A DNA stretch of 64,000 nucleotides from Cellvibrionales bacterium UBA1969 (GTDB taxonomy: Bacteria > Pseudomonadota > Gammaproteobacteria > Pseudomonadales > UBA7434): positions 4,058 through 68,057 of the forward strand of contig DDDX01000082.1 of the NCBI GenBank assembly GCA_002339085.1, given 5' to 3'. The position numbers and the translations under genes were made by a program. The stretch's first letter is position 1. Each line of letters begins with the position of its first letter. Of this stretch, positions 37,645 to 47,991 are shown one piece after another. The notes under the pieces are model-generated. The model was not told the DNA's origin. It searched no databases and saw only the letters and a program-made list of their open reading frames with translations.

Positions 37645-38718
37645 CTACTGATGATAATACGGGGAAAACTGCTTAACCGCTTCGATAAAGGCGGCCGCAT
37701 GTTCGGGTTCAACGTCTGGCGTAATGCCATGCCCGAGATTAAAAACGTGGCCAGAGTCTGCGTCATGCTGCCCGTAAGACGCGAGCAATCTTTTGACTTC
37801 TTCTTCAATAACCGAGATAGGCGCCAATAATATATTAGGATCCATATTACCTTGCAACGCTACTTGCGATCCTACTTTAGCTTTTGCAATACCGAGATCC
37901 ACTGTCCAATCAAGGCCAACCGCATGGCAGCCGCATTGGCTAATAGCCTCCAACCAAGGTGCTCCACCTTTAGTGAAAGCAATAACAGGCACCACCGTAC
38001 CATCCGGTCGATTAACCTTTAAACCAGCAATGATCTTCTGAATATAATCCAGCGAGAATTCCAAATAGCTGGCGTGACTAAGGACACCGCCCCAAGTATC
38101 AAATATTTGTACTGCTTGCGCACCGGCATCAATCTGGGCGTTCAAGTAATTAGTCACTACTATCGCCAACTTATCTAACAACAGGTGCATAGCCGTTGGA
38201 TTGGCATAAAGTAAACGCTTAATCTTTTTAAATTCGCGGGTCGAGCCACCTTCAACCATATACGTGGCTAGTGTCCAGGGGCTGCCGGTAAAGCCAATTA
38301 ATGGCACGGCCCCATCCAAGGCTTGGCGAATCATAGTGACCGCATCCATCACGTAACGTAGATCACTCAACACATCGACTGATAGATTTTCAATATCGGT
38401 CTGCGAACTAATAGGACGCTGGAATTTAGGCCCTTCTCCTTCGGCAAAATAGAGGCCCAACCCCATCGCATCAGGAATCGTTAAAATATCAGAAAATAAA
38501 ATAGCGGCATCTAAAGGAAAACGCTGCAATGGTTGCAAGGTCACTTCCGTTGCCAGCTCTGTGTTTTTACACAGCGACAAAAAATCACCTGCTTTAGCCC
38601 TTGTAGCACGGTATTCCGGCAAATAGCGCCCTGCCTGACGCATCATCCAAACCGGTGTCGCATCTACCGGTTGACGAAGCAGTGCGCGAATAAAACGATC
38701 GTTTTTTAATGCAGACAT
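37645..38718 (-). CDS. hemE: uroporphyrinogen decarboxylase
   Basis: [16 protein letters not shown] signature. 357 aa. Confidence 0.95.
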   Translation of the reverse strand: MSALKNDRFIRALLRQPVDATPVWMMRQAGRYLPEYRATRAKAGDFLSLCKNTELATEVTLQPLQRFPLDAAILFSDILTIPDAMGLGLYFAEGEGPKFQRPISSQTDIENLSVDVLSDLRYVMDAVTMIRQALDGAVPLIGFTGSPWTLATYMVEGGSTREFKKIKRLLYANPTAMHLLLDKLAIVVTNYLNAQIDAGAQAVQIFDTWGGVLSHASYLEFSLDYIQKIIAGLKVNRPDGTVVPVIAFTKGGAPWLEAISQCGCHAVGLDWTVDLGIAKAKVGSQVALQGNMDPNILLAPISVIEEEVKRLLASYGQHDADSGHVFNLGHGITPDVEPEHAAAFIEAVKQFSPYYHQ

Positions 38719-38748
38719 GATAGGTCGCTGACTAAAACAGCTGTTAAC

Positions 38749-40506
38749 TTAATAGACATCACGTAAATAACGCTTTTCACGCTTAAGGTTATTCACATAA
38801 TCGGTGGCTTTTTCAGTATTCATTGTGCCGTGTTGCGCAATCACATCGGCAAGCGCTTGATCAACATCACGCGCCATTCGGGTTGCATCACCACAAACAT
38901 AAAAGTAACCGCCCTGCTCTAACCATGAAAACAGTTCGGCGCCATGTTGTTTCATTTTATGCTGCACATAAATCTTCTCGGCCTGATCTCTAGAAAAAGC
39001 TAAGTCGAGACGAGTTAACACACCCTGTTCTTGCATAGCGGCCAATTCATCTTGATAAATAAAATCAAATTCACGAGTTTGATCGCCAAAGAAAAGCCAA
39101 TTTGGCCCGGTTGCTTGACGCTCCTGCCGCTCCTCTAAAAAAGCTCTAAATGGGGCAATACCGGTTCCTGGCCCAACCATAATCATTGGCGCAGCGTCGT
39201 CAGCGGGAATACGAAATGACTTATTAGTAGAAATAAAAATGCCCGCTTTATCACCTTCAGCAACTCGATCAGCAAGAAACGTTGAACAAACTCCCAAATG
39301 CTGCCTAGATTCATATGACCATCGAACCGCCGCTACAGTTAAATGAACAGAACCGGGGTGTTTATTAACACTGGAGGATATCGAATACGCTCGATGCTGT
39401 AACGGCTTAAGTAAAACCAAGAGTTCGTCAGCAGTAAAACTCACTTTTTCTGTTAATTGCAGTAAATCAAGAATGTCCTTCGCCCACAAAAAATCAGCCA
39501 ACGCTTCTTTGTCACCATTCTTAAATACATGACTAAAGGCATCGTGATCGGCAATTTTTTCTACTGCAGCGATGAGCTCTTTAGAAGGGGTTGAAATCTC
39601 GTACTTATAAGTCAGCAACTCACCAAGCGTGCGCTCCTGACCTTCGAGCACGGTATCAGCAGACAATGAAAAATAAGCCAACAAAGATTTAACTAAGCCA
39701 GCATCATTAACCGGCATCACATTAAGCGCGTCACCAACTTCATAGCTCAAATCGCTATCGCCAAGGTCAATTTCAAAATGACGAATCTCTTTAGCCGAGC
39801 CTTCGGCCGATAACAATAGATTTTTTGTAACGGTAGCCGGATAAGGGTTTTTTCGATTCCAAATTGATTTTACCACCGCTGATTCCGCCTGAAGCGGAAT
39901 AGTCGTTACAACGGCATCACCATCATTCGCTAACGGTATGGTGGTATTAATCCACTCTTCAGCCATATCTTCAAAATCAACATCACAGTCAACGCGATCA
40001 ACTAAGCGGGTAGCCCCTAATTGTTCCAAACGCATATCAATAAGCTTACCGGCCTGACAAAACTCATCGTAACCCGTGTCACCTAAAGCTAATACGCCAA
40101 ACTTCATATCAGGTAATTTCGGCATATCACTAGCAGACAGTGACTGCCAAAATAATTCGGCGTTATCAGGCATTTCACCCTCGCCGTAAGTCGCGACTGA
40201 AAAAATGACTTTTCCCATCTGAGCAAAATCTTCTATACTCACGTCATCCATACCCTGAACCACAGGATTAAATCCTTGACTTCTAGCCACATTAGCAGCA
40301 TCCATAGCAATACCTTCAGCATTACCAGTTTGACTGCCGTATAAAATATCCAGCCGTGGTGCAACTTGACCAGCAGTCGCAGTTAAAGATGCATTTTGCT
40401 GATCTGCCATCTGCTTAGCAGATTGTAAGCCCGCTAAAAAACCGGCCAACCAAGATTTTTGGTCACCCGTAAAAGGGGCATCATCGGGTATAAAGGGAGG
40501 TTTCAT
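38749..40506 (-). CDS. CysJ-type diflavin reductase (flavodoxin FMN domain + FAD/NADPH FNR domain)
   Basis: 585 aa. YGSQTGNAEGIA (FMN), RAYSISSS (FAD), GPGTGIAPFRAF and YVCGD (NADPH), C-terminal RYLRDVY. Starts 9 nt after the gltB stop. No cysI is adjacent. Confidence 0.85.
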   Translation of the reverse strand: MKPPFIPDDAPFTGDQKSWLAGFLAGLQSAKQMADQQNASLTATAGQVAPRLDILYGSQTGNAEGIAMDAANVARSQGFNPVVQGMDDVSIEDFAQMGKVIFSVATYGEGEMPDNAELFWQSLSASDMPKLPDMKFGVLALGDTGYDEFCQAGKLIDMRLEQLGATRLVDRVDCDVDFEDMAEEWINTTIPLANDGDAVVTTIPLQAESAVVKSIWNRKNPYPATVTKNLLLSAEGSAKEIRHFEIDLGDSDLSYEVGDALNVMPVNDAGLVKSLLAYFSLSADTVLEGQERTLGELLTYKYEISTPSKELIAAVEKIADHDAFSHVFKNGDKEALADFLWAKDILDLLQLTEKVSFTADELLVLLKPLQHRAYSISSSVNKHPGSVHLTVAAVRWSYESRQHLGVCSTFLADRVAEGDKAGIFISTNKSFRIPADDAAPMIMVGPGTGIAPFRAFLEERQERQATGPNWLFFGDQTREFDFIYQDELAAMQEQGVLTRLDLAFSRDQAEKIYVQHKMKQHGAELFSWLEQGGYFYVCGDATRMARDVDQALADVIAQHGTMNTEKATDYVNNLKREKRYLRDVY

Positions 40507-40515
40507 GCACGGTTC

Positions 40516-43500
40516 TCATAATTGACTCACATTAGGTAATAAATCATTCATCGCGTTGAAGGCAAATAGCTCTTCAAAGCTTGGAATTCGACCTAATGCT
40601 GTTTTGTTTTTCTGTTGCTGATGGATAATCCAGCCATAAGTAGCTGGGCTGTCCATCGATATAATATTACGCAAACTTAGCGTCTGTTTAAAATCGTTTA
40701 ATCGTTTATTAGCAATCATTGCTGCCAGCTCACTATCACTATAACCAGCAATCGCTTGGCGAGAGTGACGCAATAAACCATTCATTAAAGCAAAATCTTC
40801 AGTCAAAATCAGATTGCGCGTAGCTTTAACCGCTTCAGGATGCTGAACATCATTGATAGAGGGCAATTTTTTAAGCGCTAATTTTTGTGCTGTATCTAAC
40901 ACGGAATAGGTATTCAATAATTCATATTTCTTGTCACCATCATCGCCAAGTTGCGTGTCTGGCACGAAACCATGAAAGACGGGCTGCCCTGAGCGCCAAG
41001 CACGTTTAAGCTTATTGACTTGGTGAGCTGCAAGCGCTGTCGCCAACTCTTCAAGTAACTCTTTACGTGGTTTAGCCGCTAAAATAGCCTCAGAGTCTTG
41101 ATACTGCAGTAATGCACGCGGAATGATGTAGGAAAAATTCTTTTTCTCAACATCCCAATTGGCCAGCAATTGCTTTGCCTTTTGCGAGTTGGTTGCCTCT
41201 ACGTGCCAAACTAATAATGTCTTAACCGCTTGCGCATGAATGTCCGATTGCTCAGAGCTTTCTGATAATGAACCCAGTAGTACTGAGTCATGGCTAATAC
41301 TGTCAGCAAAAAGACAGTCAGGATCATATTGGTAGGCAAAACCGCCGGACATACCATTACCAAACCCTTTAGAAAAACCACCTAAGTTTAATACTGCACC
41401 GTTGGTCATATACTCGCAACAAAAATCACCCACGCCTTCTACAACTGCTGTCGATCCAGAATTTCTCACCGCAAATCGATCACCCGCTTGACCTTCAATA
41501 AAGACTCTTCCGCCTGTTGCGCCAAATAAAGCAAAATTGCCTATCAAAACATTATTACCCATGGCTTGATTTTCGCTGGCAGGCGCATGCACCACAATCT
41601 GGCCACCACACGCGGTTTTACCCACGCCATCATTACAGGTGCCCGTATGCTCCAACACCATGCCGTCATTACAGAAAGCACCGTAAGACTGACCAGCGGA
41701 ACCATGTGTGGCAATATTAACGCTTGCTTCGCGAAGGTAGCGTCGGCCACGCTGGTCTTGTAATACTGCGGGCAAATCGATATCAGCCAATTCATGATTC
41801 AGGATGCGTTCTAAGTCAATTGCCAACTGACCACCGACACTTTTATTGCAGTTGTTTAAATGACGGCTATCAGGAACAGTAACCGATAATTGTTTGTTAT
41901 CGATTAAGGCTTGTCTAACATGGACAAGAAATTGATCGTCGACAGCAAAATCTCGTTCCATATAAATAGGATTATCAACTTTAAACTCATCGACCACTGT
42001 CAACATAGCTCTTAAATCTAATTGGCCAACCGAGGAAGGGTGATCTAACAGATGCATTAAATCACTTCGACCTCTCGCCTCGCGTAAAGACCGCAAGCCA
42101 AGCTGGGCAAGAATTTCTCTCACCTCATGAGCAATATTCAATAAATATTGACCCAGTGCACGAGGATCGCCATCAAACACTTCTGGGTTAGTAGTCAAAC
42201 CTGCAGGGCATTTGATGTTGCAGTTTTTTGCCATTACACACTTCAGCATCATCAATGCCGTGGTGCCAAACTCAAAACTGTCGCCGCCCATTAAAGCAGA
42301 CTTCACTACGTCAGATCCGGTTTGATGGGCACCAGAGCAGCGGAGGATGACCTTGCTGCGAAGACCGTTTGCAGACAACGCTTGATGTACTTCAGCGATA
42401 CCGATTTCTGCCGCACGGCCCGTGTATTTGAGCGATGTGACTGACGCTGCACCCGTGCCGCCGGTATTACCCGCAACATTAATAACGTCAGCGCCTGCCT
42501 TGGCAACACCAACAGCAATGGTGCCTATACCATCGGATGATACGAGCTTAACAATCACACGTACTCGTGCCGCTTTGGCATCGTGAATCAGTTGAGCCAA
42601 ATCCTCGATTGAATACGTGTCGTGGTGCGGTGGTGGCGAAATTAACTCGACACCGGGCACACCACCGCGAGCAGCGGCAATTTCAACATTTACTTTTGGT
42701 GCAGGCAATTGACCGCCCTCACCTGGCTTAGCGCCCTGACCAATTTTAATTTCAACTTCCTCAAGCATGGGGTCAGCTAGATACCCTGCCCATACACCAA
42801 ATCGGCCCGACGCAAACTGCTTAATCCTTGAAGCGCGAATAGTACCGTATCGAGATAGATGCTCCCCCCCCTCACCACTATTCGACATACCCCCGACCAT
42901 GTTTGTGCCGTGCGCAACTGCCTCGTGAGCAGTCGCGACTAAAGCACCATGACTCATTGCACCAGAGGCTAAAAATGGGGTTATCTCACTGGCGGCCTGC
43001 ACCTCTTCAAGTGGTAGAGCGGGCAGTGCCGAGCGCAAACGCGTGAGGTAATCGAGCGCTTCGTGGCTTGCAGTTATGAGCAGACGTTGCCCTTTAATTT
43101 GATGGCTTATAATATTATCACCAAAGCGATCGATAAACGAAATGGCTAATTGCTCAAGTCGCTTAGCATCATTAGCTTTGCTGCCGGTTAATTGTAAAGC
43201 AAAGTCAGTCTCACTAAGTGGTTCGCAATCCAGGCCACGAATAACAAAATCATTATTACCAGCACGGTTAAATCGCATCAATTCTTCGCGAAAATCATCT
43301 GCCTTATCGATAAAACTAATATCGGCAGGAAACGCCAAAACATCGCGCAAAGCGGCAGGTCGCCGAGCTCTTTCTTCTGCCATAGAGCGTGAGAATTCAC
43401 GGTATCCGGGCGTGATCTCAAAGTTATTAACTTCATCGTTAGTTAATCGATCAAAGCTAGTGTTGGTATAGCCTTCCTCACTGATGCCAAATGCACTCTC

Positions 43501-46002
43501 CATGCGATTTAAGGTTAATAAACGTAAGGTATCTTTAGTGTCTTTATCGTCTTGATCCCCAAAAGTAATTTTTTCTTCGGTTAAATCAACAAAACCCCTG
43601 ACAGCCGTAATGCCGTAACTGTGGCCTGCGCCTTCTGCCCGCTCTTTAAATAAGCCAAGCATCGGGATATCATTTTCGGAATGACAGTCTAGCGCATGCT
43701 GATGCCAGTCTGTCATTGCTTGAGCTACTTCGATAAAGCCCACACCCCCAACTGGCGATTTCATGTTAGGGAAGTAGCGACGAAAAATTGGATCGTCGGT
43801 ATTTAGAAAGTTTGGCTCAAAGAATTCACCGCCTGAATAGCTCTCGACGGTACAAAGCCCTACTTTGCCCATTGTCTTCATTAGTGCTTTTTCTGCCGCC
43901 TTAACGAACTTATTATAAGCAAGGTCAGGGTCTTCAGAGAATTTTTCTTCTGCACGCAGCTGAACACCCAATGGATAGACGGCTGCCGCACCAAAGCCTA
44001 ATGCACAGCAAATATGATGAGAAGATTTTATCTGGCCACTCTCAACAATTATTGAAACAGTCAATCGCAGACCTGCTTCAATTAAACGTTGATTAACTGC
44101 CGAGACCATCAAAGTCACTGCAACAGGGGCAAAATTACTTGATATTTCTCGATCACTTAAAATTACAATTCCACCATGATCACTAGCAAATTGTTCAACT
44201 TGATCACATAAGTTATCTATAGACCCTACCAGAGATAACTGATTTGCATCACGATCATTGAAGACAGGTTCGTACAGCATACTAAATCGCTTAACTGGTG
44301 TTTTTCCCTGATCACAAATGCGACCAATTTGATCAAAATTCAAAATTGGTGATTCAATAATAATTTGATGAGTAGCTTTGTCGCCAATATTTGGTTTTGC
44401 GCCAAGCGCAACTCTTAGAGTCATGCCTTCAGCTTCGCGTATAGAATCAAGTGGTGGATTTGTAACTTGCGCAAACCGCTGAGAAAAATATTTAACTAGA
44501 CCACCTTCATTATCTGACAGAGCATTAATCGCATTGCCGTATCCCATGGCTGATACTTTTTCAACGCCGGTCGCTAACATTGGGTCCATTAAAAATCTAA
44601 AACTTTCTTGATTGTGTGAGTATGAAACATATCTTCCAGGCAAAGTTAAATCACCATAATAATCTAACATTGACTCTAAACCAGATTCTTCTGGTTCTGG
44701 TAATACTTCAATATGAGTGCGTGCTCCACTCACAAGCTGAATATAATCACGCCGCTCAGCCAACATCTCAAGGGCTTGGTTGGTATTAAACGAGCGTTTT
44801 TGATGGTGGTCATAATACAACATACCCCCCGCTTCTATTCGGCCTCTGCTCAAAACAGCATCGTCTTTAAAATCAATCTGACCTGCCTCAGACATAACTG
44901 CCAAATAATTTTCTGTCTCAATACTTCGAAGTGGTCGAAGACCAAGACGATCGAGACGCGCACCAATAATGCTGCCATCGCCAAAAATCAACGCAGCAGG
45001 GCCGTCGTTTTTCTCTTCATATAAAGAAAAATATTCCAACATCGCTCTGACAGCTGGCGATAAGGTTTGGTCGTTCTCCCAAGCGGGCGGCATCATCGAC
45101 ACTACGGCTGTGACTAAATCTAAACCATCTTCAATCACTCTAGACTGCAGAGTTTGATCTAACCGACAACTATCAGACTGACCTTTGGGACGAATAATAT
45201 TGTTTTCTTTTGCCCTAGCAATGGCCGCCTCTGATAAACGATTCTTTTTATCGGTGTTCAACTCGCCATTATGTGCCATCAACCGAAAAGGTTGCGCCAT
45301 GGATGGATGCGGATCTGTGTTAGTGGAAAAACGAGTATGAAAATACAGCGTATGGATGCTTTGCTGGCTATTATTCAAATCGCAGAAATAAGGGATAATT
45401 TCGTTTGAGTTAACACGCCCTTTCAAAACCTGCATCTGCGCTGATAAAGACAAAGGATAAAGCCCACTTAGCTTAGGCTCGGTATAAGCTCGTGATTCTA
45501 CTGTCAATAAAACTTGGTGAATCTTTCGATTAAAACTATCGCCTTCAATACCCTCGGGAGCTAAAAATACCCACTGTATAATCGGCAATTGATACTGCAC
45601 AGCTGCAGGACGCAACACGTCATTATTAACTGGCACATCGCGGGTGATAAGTGTCGTCATGCCTGCAGCGCTGAGCGCATCATCAATTAATTGCTTTGCT
45701 AATTCATGCTGGCTGACATCGCTTGGCATAAAAAAATTGCCCACCCCAAACTGACCCAAACATAAATCATGCCCGGTGACGCGGTTAAAAAATTCCAATG
45801 ATAAATCGATTGATACACCGGCACCATCGCCTACACCTTCAGCCGACATGCCGCCTCGATGTGGCACAGCACAAAGTGCCTCATGGCCTTTCACTAAAAG
45901 GTCATGGGTCTGCTTGCCGTCTTTTCGGGTTAGGAAGCCAACGCCACAGCTACTCTTATCTAACGAGCTGTCGTAAAGGCCGAACCTAGTGTTATCAGTC
46001 AT
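40516..46002 (-). CDS. gltB: glutamate synthase large subunit, unusually long (1828 aa)
   Basis: Short propeptide then CGVGF (Ntn amidotransferase Cys). FMN-domain blocks (GAMSHGAL, KIGQGAKPGEGGQLP, ISPPPHHD). Cys cluster CVMAKNCNIKCP. GXGXG domain (GATGGRVFIEGQAGDRFAVRNSG). Extra sequence both internally and at the C-terminus. Confidence 0.9.
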   Translation of the reverse strand: MTDNTRFGLYDSSLDKSSCGVGFLTRKDGKQTHDLLVKGHEALCAVPHRGGMSAEGVGDGAGVSIDLSLEFFNRVTGHDLCLGQFGVGNFFMPSDVSQHELAKQLIDDALSAAGMTTLITRDVPVNNDVLRPAAVQYQLPIIQWVFLAPEGIEGDSFNRKIHQVLLTVESRAYTEPKLSGLYPLSLSAQMQVLKGRVNSNEIIPYFCDLNNSQQSIHTLYFHTRFSTNTDPHPSMAQPFRLMAHNGELNTDKKNRLSEAAIARAKENNIIRPKGQSDSCRLDQTLQSRVIEDGLDLVTAVVSMMPPAWENDQTLSPAVRAMLEYFSLYEEKNDGPAALIFGDGSIIGARLDRLGLRPLRSIETENYLAVMSEAGQIDFKDDAVLSRGRIEAGGMLYYDHHQKRSFNTNQALEMLAERRDYIQLVSGARTHIEVLPEPEESGLESMLDYYGDLTLPGRYVSYSHNQESFRFLMDPMLATGVEKVSAMGYGNAINALSDNEGGLVKYFSQRFAQVTNPPLDSIREAEGMTLRVALGAKPNIGDKATHQIIIESPILNFDQIGRICDQGKTPVKRFSMLYEPVFNDRDANQLSLVGSIDNLCDQVEQFASDHGGIVILSDREISSNFAPVAVTLMVSAVNQRLIEAGLRLTVSIIVESGQIKSSHHICCALGFGAAAVYPLGVQLRAEEKFSEDPDLAYNKFVKAAEKALMKTMGKVGLCTVESYSGGEFFEPNFLNTDDPIFRRYFPNMKSPVGGVGFIEVAQAMTDWHQHALDCHSENDIPMLGLFKERAEGAGHSYGITAVRGFVDLTEEKITFGDQDDKDTKDTLRLLTLNRMESAFGISEEGYTNTSFDRLTNDEVNNFEITPGYREFSRSMAEERARRPAALRDVLAFPADISFIDKADDFREELMRFNRAGNNDFVIRGLDCEPLSETDFALQLTGSKANDAKRLEQLAISFIDRFGDNIISHQIKGQRLLITASHEALDYLTRLRSALPALPLEEVQAASEITPFLASGAMSHGALVATAHEAVAHGTNMVGGMSNSGEGGEHLSRYGTIRASRIKQFASGRFGVWAGYLADPMLEEVEIKIGQGAKPGEGGQLPAPKVNVEIAAARGGVPGVELISPPPHHDTYSIEDLAQLIHDAKAARVRVIVKLVSSDGIGTIAVGVAKAGADVINVAGNTGGTGAASVTSLKYTGRAAEIGIAEVHQALSANGLRSKVILRCSGAHQTGSDVVKSALMGGDSFEFGTTALMMLKCVMAKNCNIKCPAGLTTNPEVFDGDPRALGQYLLNIAHEVREILAQLGLRSLREARGRSDLMHLLDHPSSVGQLDLRAMLTVVDEFKVDNPIYMERDFAVDDQFLVHVRQALIDNKQLSVTVPDSRHLNNCNKSVGGQLAIDLERILNHELADIDLPAVLQDQRGRRYLREASVNIATHGSAGQSYGAFCNDGMVLEHTGTCNDGVGKTACGGQIVVHAPASENQAMGNNVLIGNFALFGATGGRVFIEGQAGDRFAVRNSGSTAVVEGVGDFCCEYMTNGAVLNLGGFSKGFGNGMSGGFAYQYDPDCLFADSISHDSVLLGSLSESSEQSDIHAQAVKTLLVWHVEATNSQKAKQLLANWDVEKKNFSYIIPRALLQYQDSEAILAAKPRKELLEELATALAAHQVNKLKRAWRSGQPVFHGFVPDTQLGDDGDKKYELLNTYSVLDTAQKLALKKLPSINDVQHPEAVKATRNLILTEDFALMNGLLRHSRQAIAGYSDSELAAMIANKRLNDFKQTLSLRNIISMDSPATYGWIIHQQQKNKTALGRIPSFEELFAFNAMNDLLPNVSQL

Positions 46003-46326
46003 AAGTTTGAATCGCTTATTTAAATCAAAAAATCGAAAATTTTAAAATATTGAGAGCCACCACAATAACCTCTCATCTTGGTTAGATGCAAAAAGAGGCG
46101 AAACTATCCAATCCCCTTTTGGTTAAAAATATTGTTAATTCTCAATGTGTTACTGAAAAAATCAGAGCCAAATATTGGCCATCAGGCTAAAAAAAGGGAG
46201 TGTATTCTACACGTAAGTACGACTATGAACAATTATCCATTTATCGGCTTTGAAATTAGCTATTAAACTATAAGAAACAATAGCTTAGGATTATCGTCAA
46301 CGATACAGATAGTTCTATTTAGTATT

Positions 46327-47967
46327 CTACTCTTCTTCAGGGTCAATGACAGCACTAAATCGCTGAATATCGGATTGAATACTAGCGATATTACGTGGCC
46401 AAGGTCTTAATCGCTGTAATCCGGAAGCTAGATCTTGAATAGCTTGTTTGGCTTCATTACGGCCTGTATAGGGGCCACTGACCACGACAAACCATGGCTT
46501 ACCGCTGTAGCGCGTCTCGTACACAAATAGCGATAATTGCTCAGCATATTGCTCAACCAGTTGCTTGGCACGTTTAGGATTGTGGGTGCCAAAAATTTGA
46601 AGCGCGTAACCGGTATCAGGCCAATCTACGATAGTAAGCCGTCTGTTTTCTGGCTGAAAATTACCCCTTTTCTTTTTTAAATCAATCTGTTGAGTAGCAA
46701 TATCACGTGTGACCCCAACATCTTCCACTGCCGTTGAGGGCGTTATAGTAACAACTTCGTACGAGCCACTCATCACATCCGTATTTTTTGCTGACGGTAG
46801 GTCGTTTGCCAGCGCTTGCAAACTAGTCCTAACTTGATCAGCCGTTTTTACCGTGAAGGCATCTTTAACGGTTGGGTGTGGTTCATCTTCAATAGAAGAT
46901 TGAAAATTACTTTCCGGCTCTTGAGTTAATTCTGACTGAGCACCGACTAACACAATTGGCTCAAAATTTTTGACTGAAGCCGGCTCTTCAATATTCGAGT
47001 TGTAAATAAATACGATCAAAATTGTTAGAAAGATCAATGCGAATGCATGGCTTAATGGAAAGGGTTTACGAGATGGGATTTGGCTAGCTTTACCTGCCAT
47101 TAGCATACTACGCACCACTTGATGCAACTGTCGCACGCTACCCTGACTCCTATAGGTTAGCGCTTGAAGCTGCATCTGGCTTAGCGGAAACTCACCTTTA
47201 AACCCAACCGCTTCAAGCCGATAAAAAACATAATCATAAACCTCAGACTGACTAAAGGGTGTTAGCTCAATTCGATTAATCAGTAAATCTTCCGTTTCTG
47301 CCGCTGACTCCAATAAACTCAGGACCTGCTGCTGGCCGACGAGAATAGCCGCTAATTTACCTTCTGCCGCAGCAAGCAAAGTAAATATCGACGCCAGTGC
47401 CTCATGGCCTAAATCCTCAACATTATCAATACAAATAAGAGATTGTCGATCAATCGCCGTATTGCTCTCAAAAAATGCCAGCAAGTTCTGACCCAACCAC
47501 TCCACATCGTCAGCACTATCATGATAGATATCAATACCAAGACCAGTTGCTAAAGCAGTGAAGACTTGCGCGGTACTCATCATTAATTCAGCTCGAATGC
47601 TTGCTATATCAACATCGCCTTTTAACTCACGCACAGCCGCGCTTAAAGTCGCGGTCTTACCAGCACCTGTGGGACCCGTAAGGAAAACGGGCGTACTACC
47701 ATAACGCGAGAAATGTAACAAAGATTGGACCGCCTGCTGACGACCAGATCCCGGATAAAACAACCCACTATTATCTTGATCAATAAAAGGATCGCGCTCA
47801 AATCGATACCTTGCTAAATACGCATTAAATTGAGCGCGTTTTTTCTCATCACGATATATTTCAGAGGCAGCTGGGGAGGTAGCAGGAGTAACTTTGCCAG
47901 AATCAACTGCAAGGCCTTGTTGTGAGTCAACTTGTGAGTCGGAGTCTCTATTGATTTCCATCACCAT
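46327..47967 (-). CDS. AAA+ (ExeA-like) ATPase with TM helix and C-terminal SPOR domain (DamX-like)
   Basis: Walker A GPTGAGKT, TM FALIFLTILIVFIY, C-terminal SPOR-like YALQIFGTHNPKRAKQLV...WFVVVSGPYTGRNEAKQA. Conserved position between aroB and gltB. Confidence 0.75.
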   Translation of the reverse strand: MVMEINRDSDSQVDSQQGLAVDSGKVTPATSPAASEIYRDEKKRAQFNAYLARYRFERDPFIDQDNSGLFYPGSGRQQAVQSLLHFSRYGSTPVFLTGPTGAGKTATLSAAVRELKGDVDIASIRAELMMSTAQVFTALATGLGIDIYHDSADDVEWLGQNLLAFFESNTAIDRQSLICIDNVEDLGHEALASIFTLLAAAEGKLAAILVGQQQVLSLLESAAETEDLLINRIELTPFSQSEVYDYVFYRLEAVGFKGEFPLSQMQLQALTYRSQGSVRQLHQVVRSMLMAGKASQIPSRKPFPLSHAFALIFLTILIVFIYNSNIEEPASVKNFEPIVLVGAQSELTQEPESNFQSSIEDEPHPTVKDAFTVKTADQVRTSLQALANDLPSAKNTDVMSGSYEVVTITPSTAVEDVGVTRDIATQQIDLKKKRGNFQPENRRLTIVDWPDTGYALQIFGTHNPKRAKQLVEQYAEQLSLFVYETRYSGKPWFVVVSGPYTGRNEAKQAIQDLASGLQRLRPWPRNIASIQSDIQRFSAVIDPEEE

Positions 47968-47991
47968 AGCGTAAAACGCAAGAGATTTCTC

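Noticed and set aside
41517-45989. Numerous 60-109-aa ORFs on both strands within gltB (for example 43142-43471 and 44713-45024)
   Set aside because: All lie inside the continuous 1828-codon GltB frame, whose conserved motifs run throughout. They are shadow ORFs.
46003-46326. 62-aa ORF (46078-46266) and a sigma-54-type promoter in the gltB upstream region
   Set aside because: The ORF has no RBS and is compositionally random. No GG-N10-GC (TGGCAC-N5-TTGCW) element was seen on the gltB strand.
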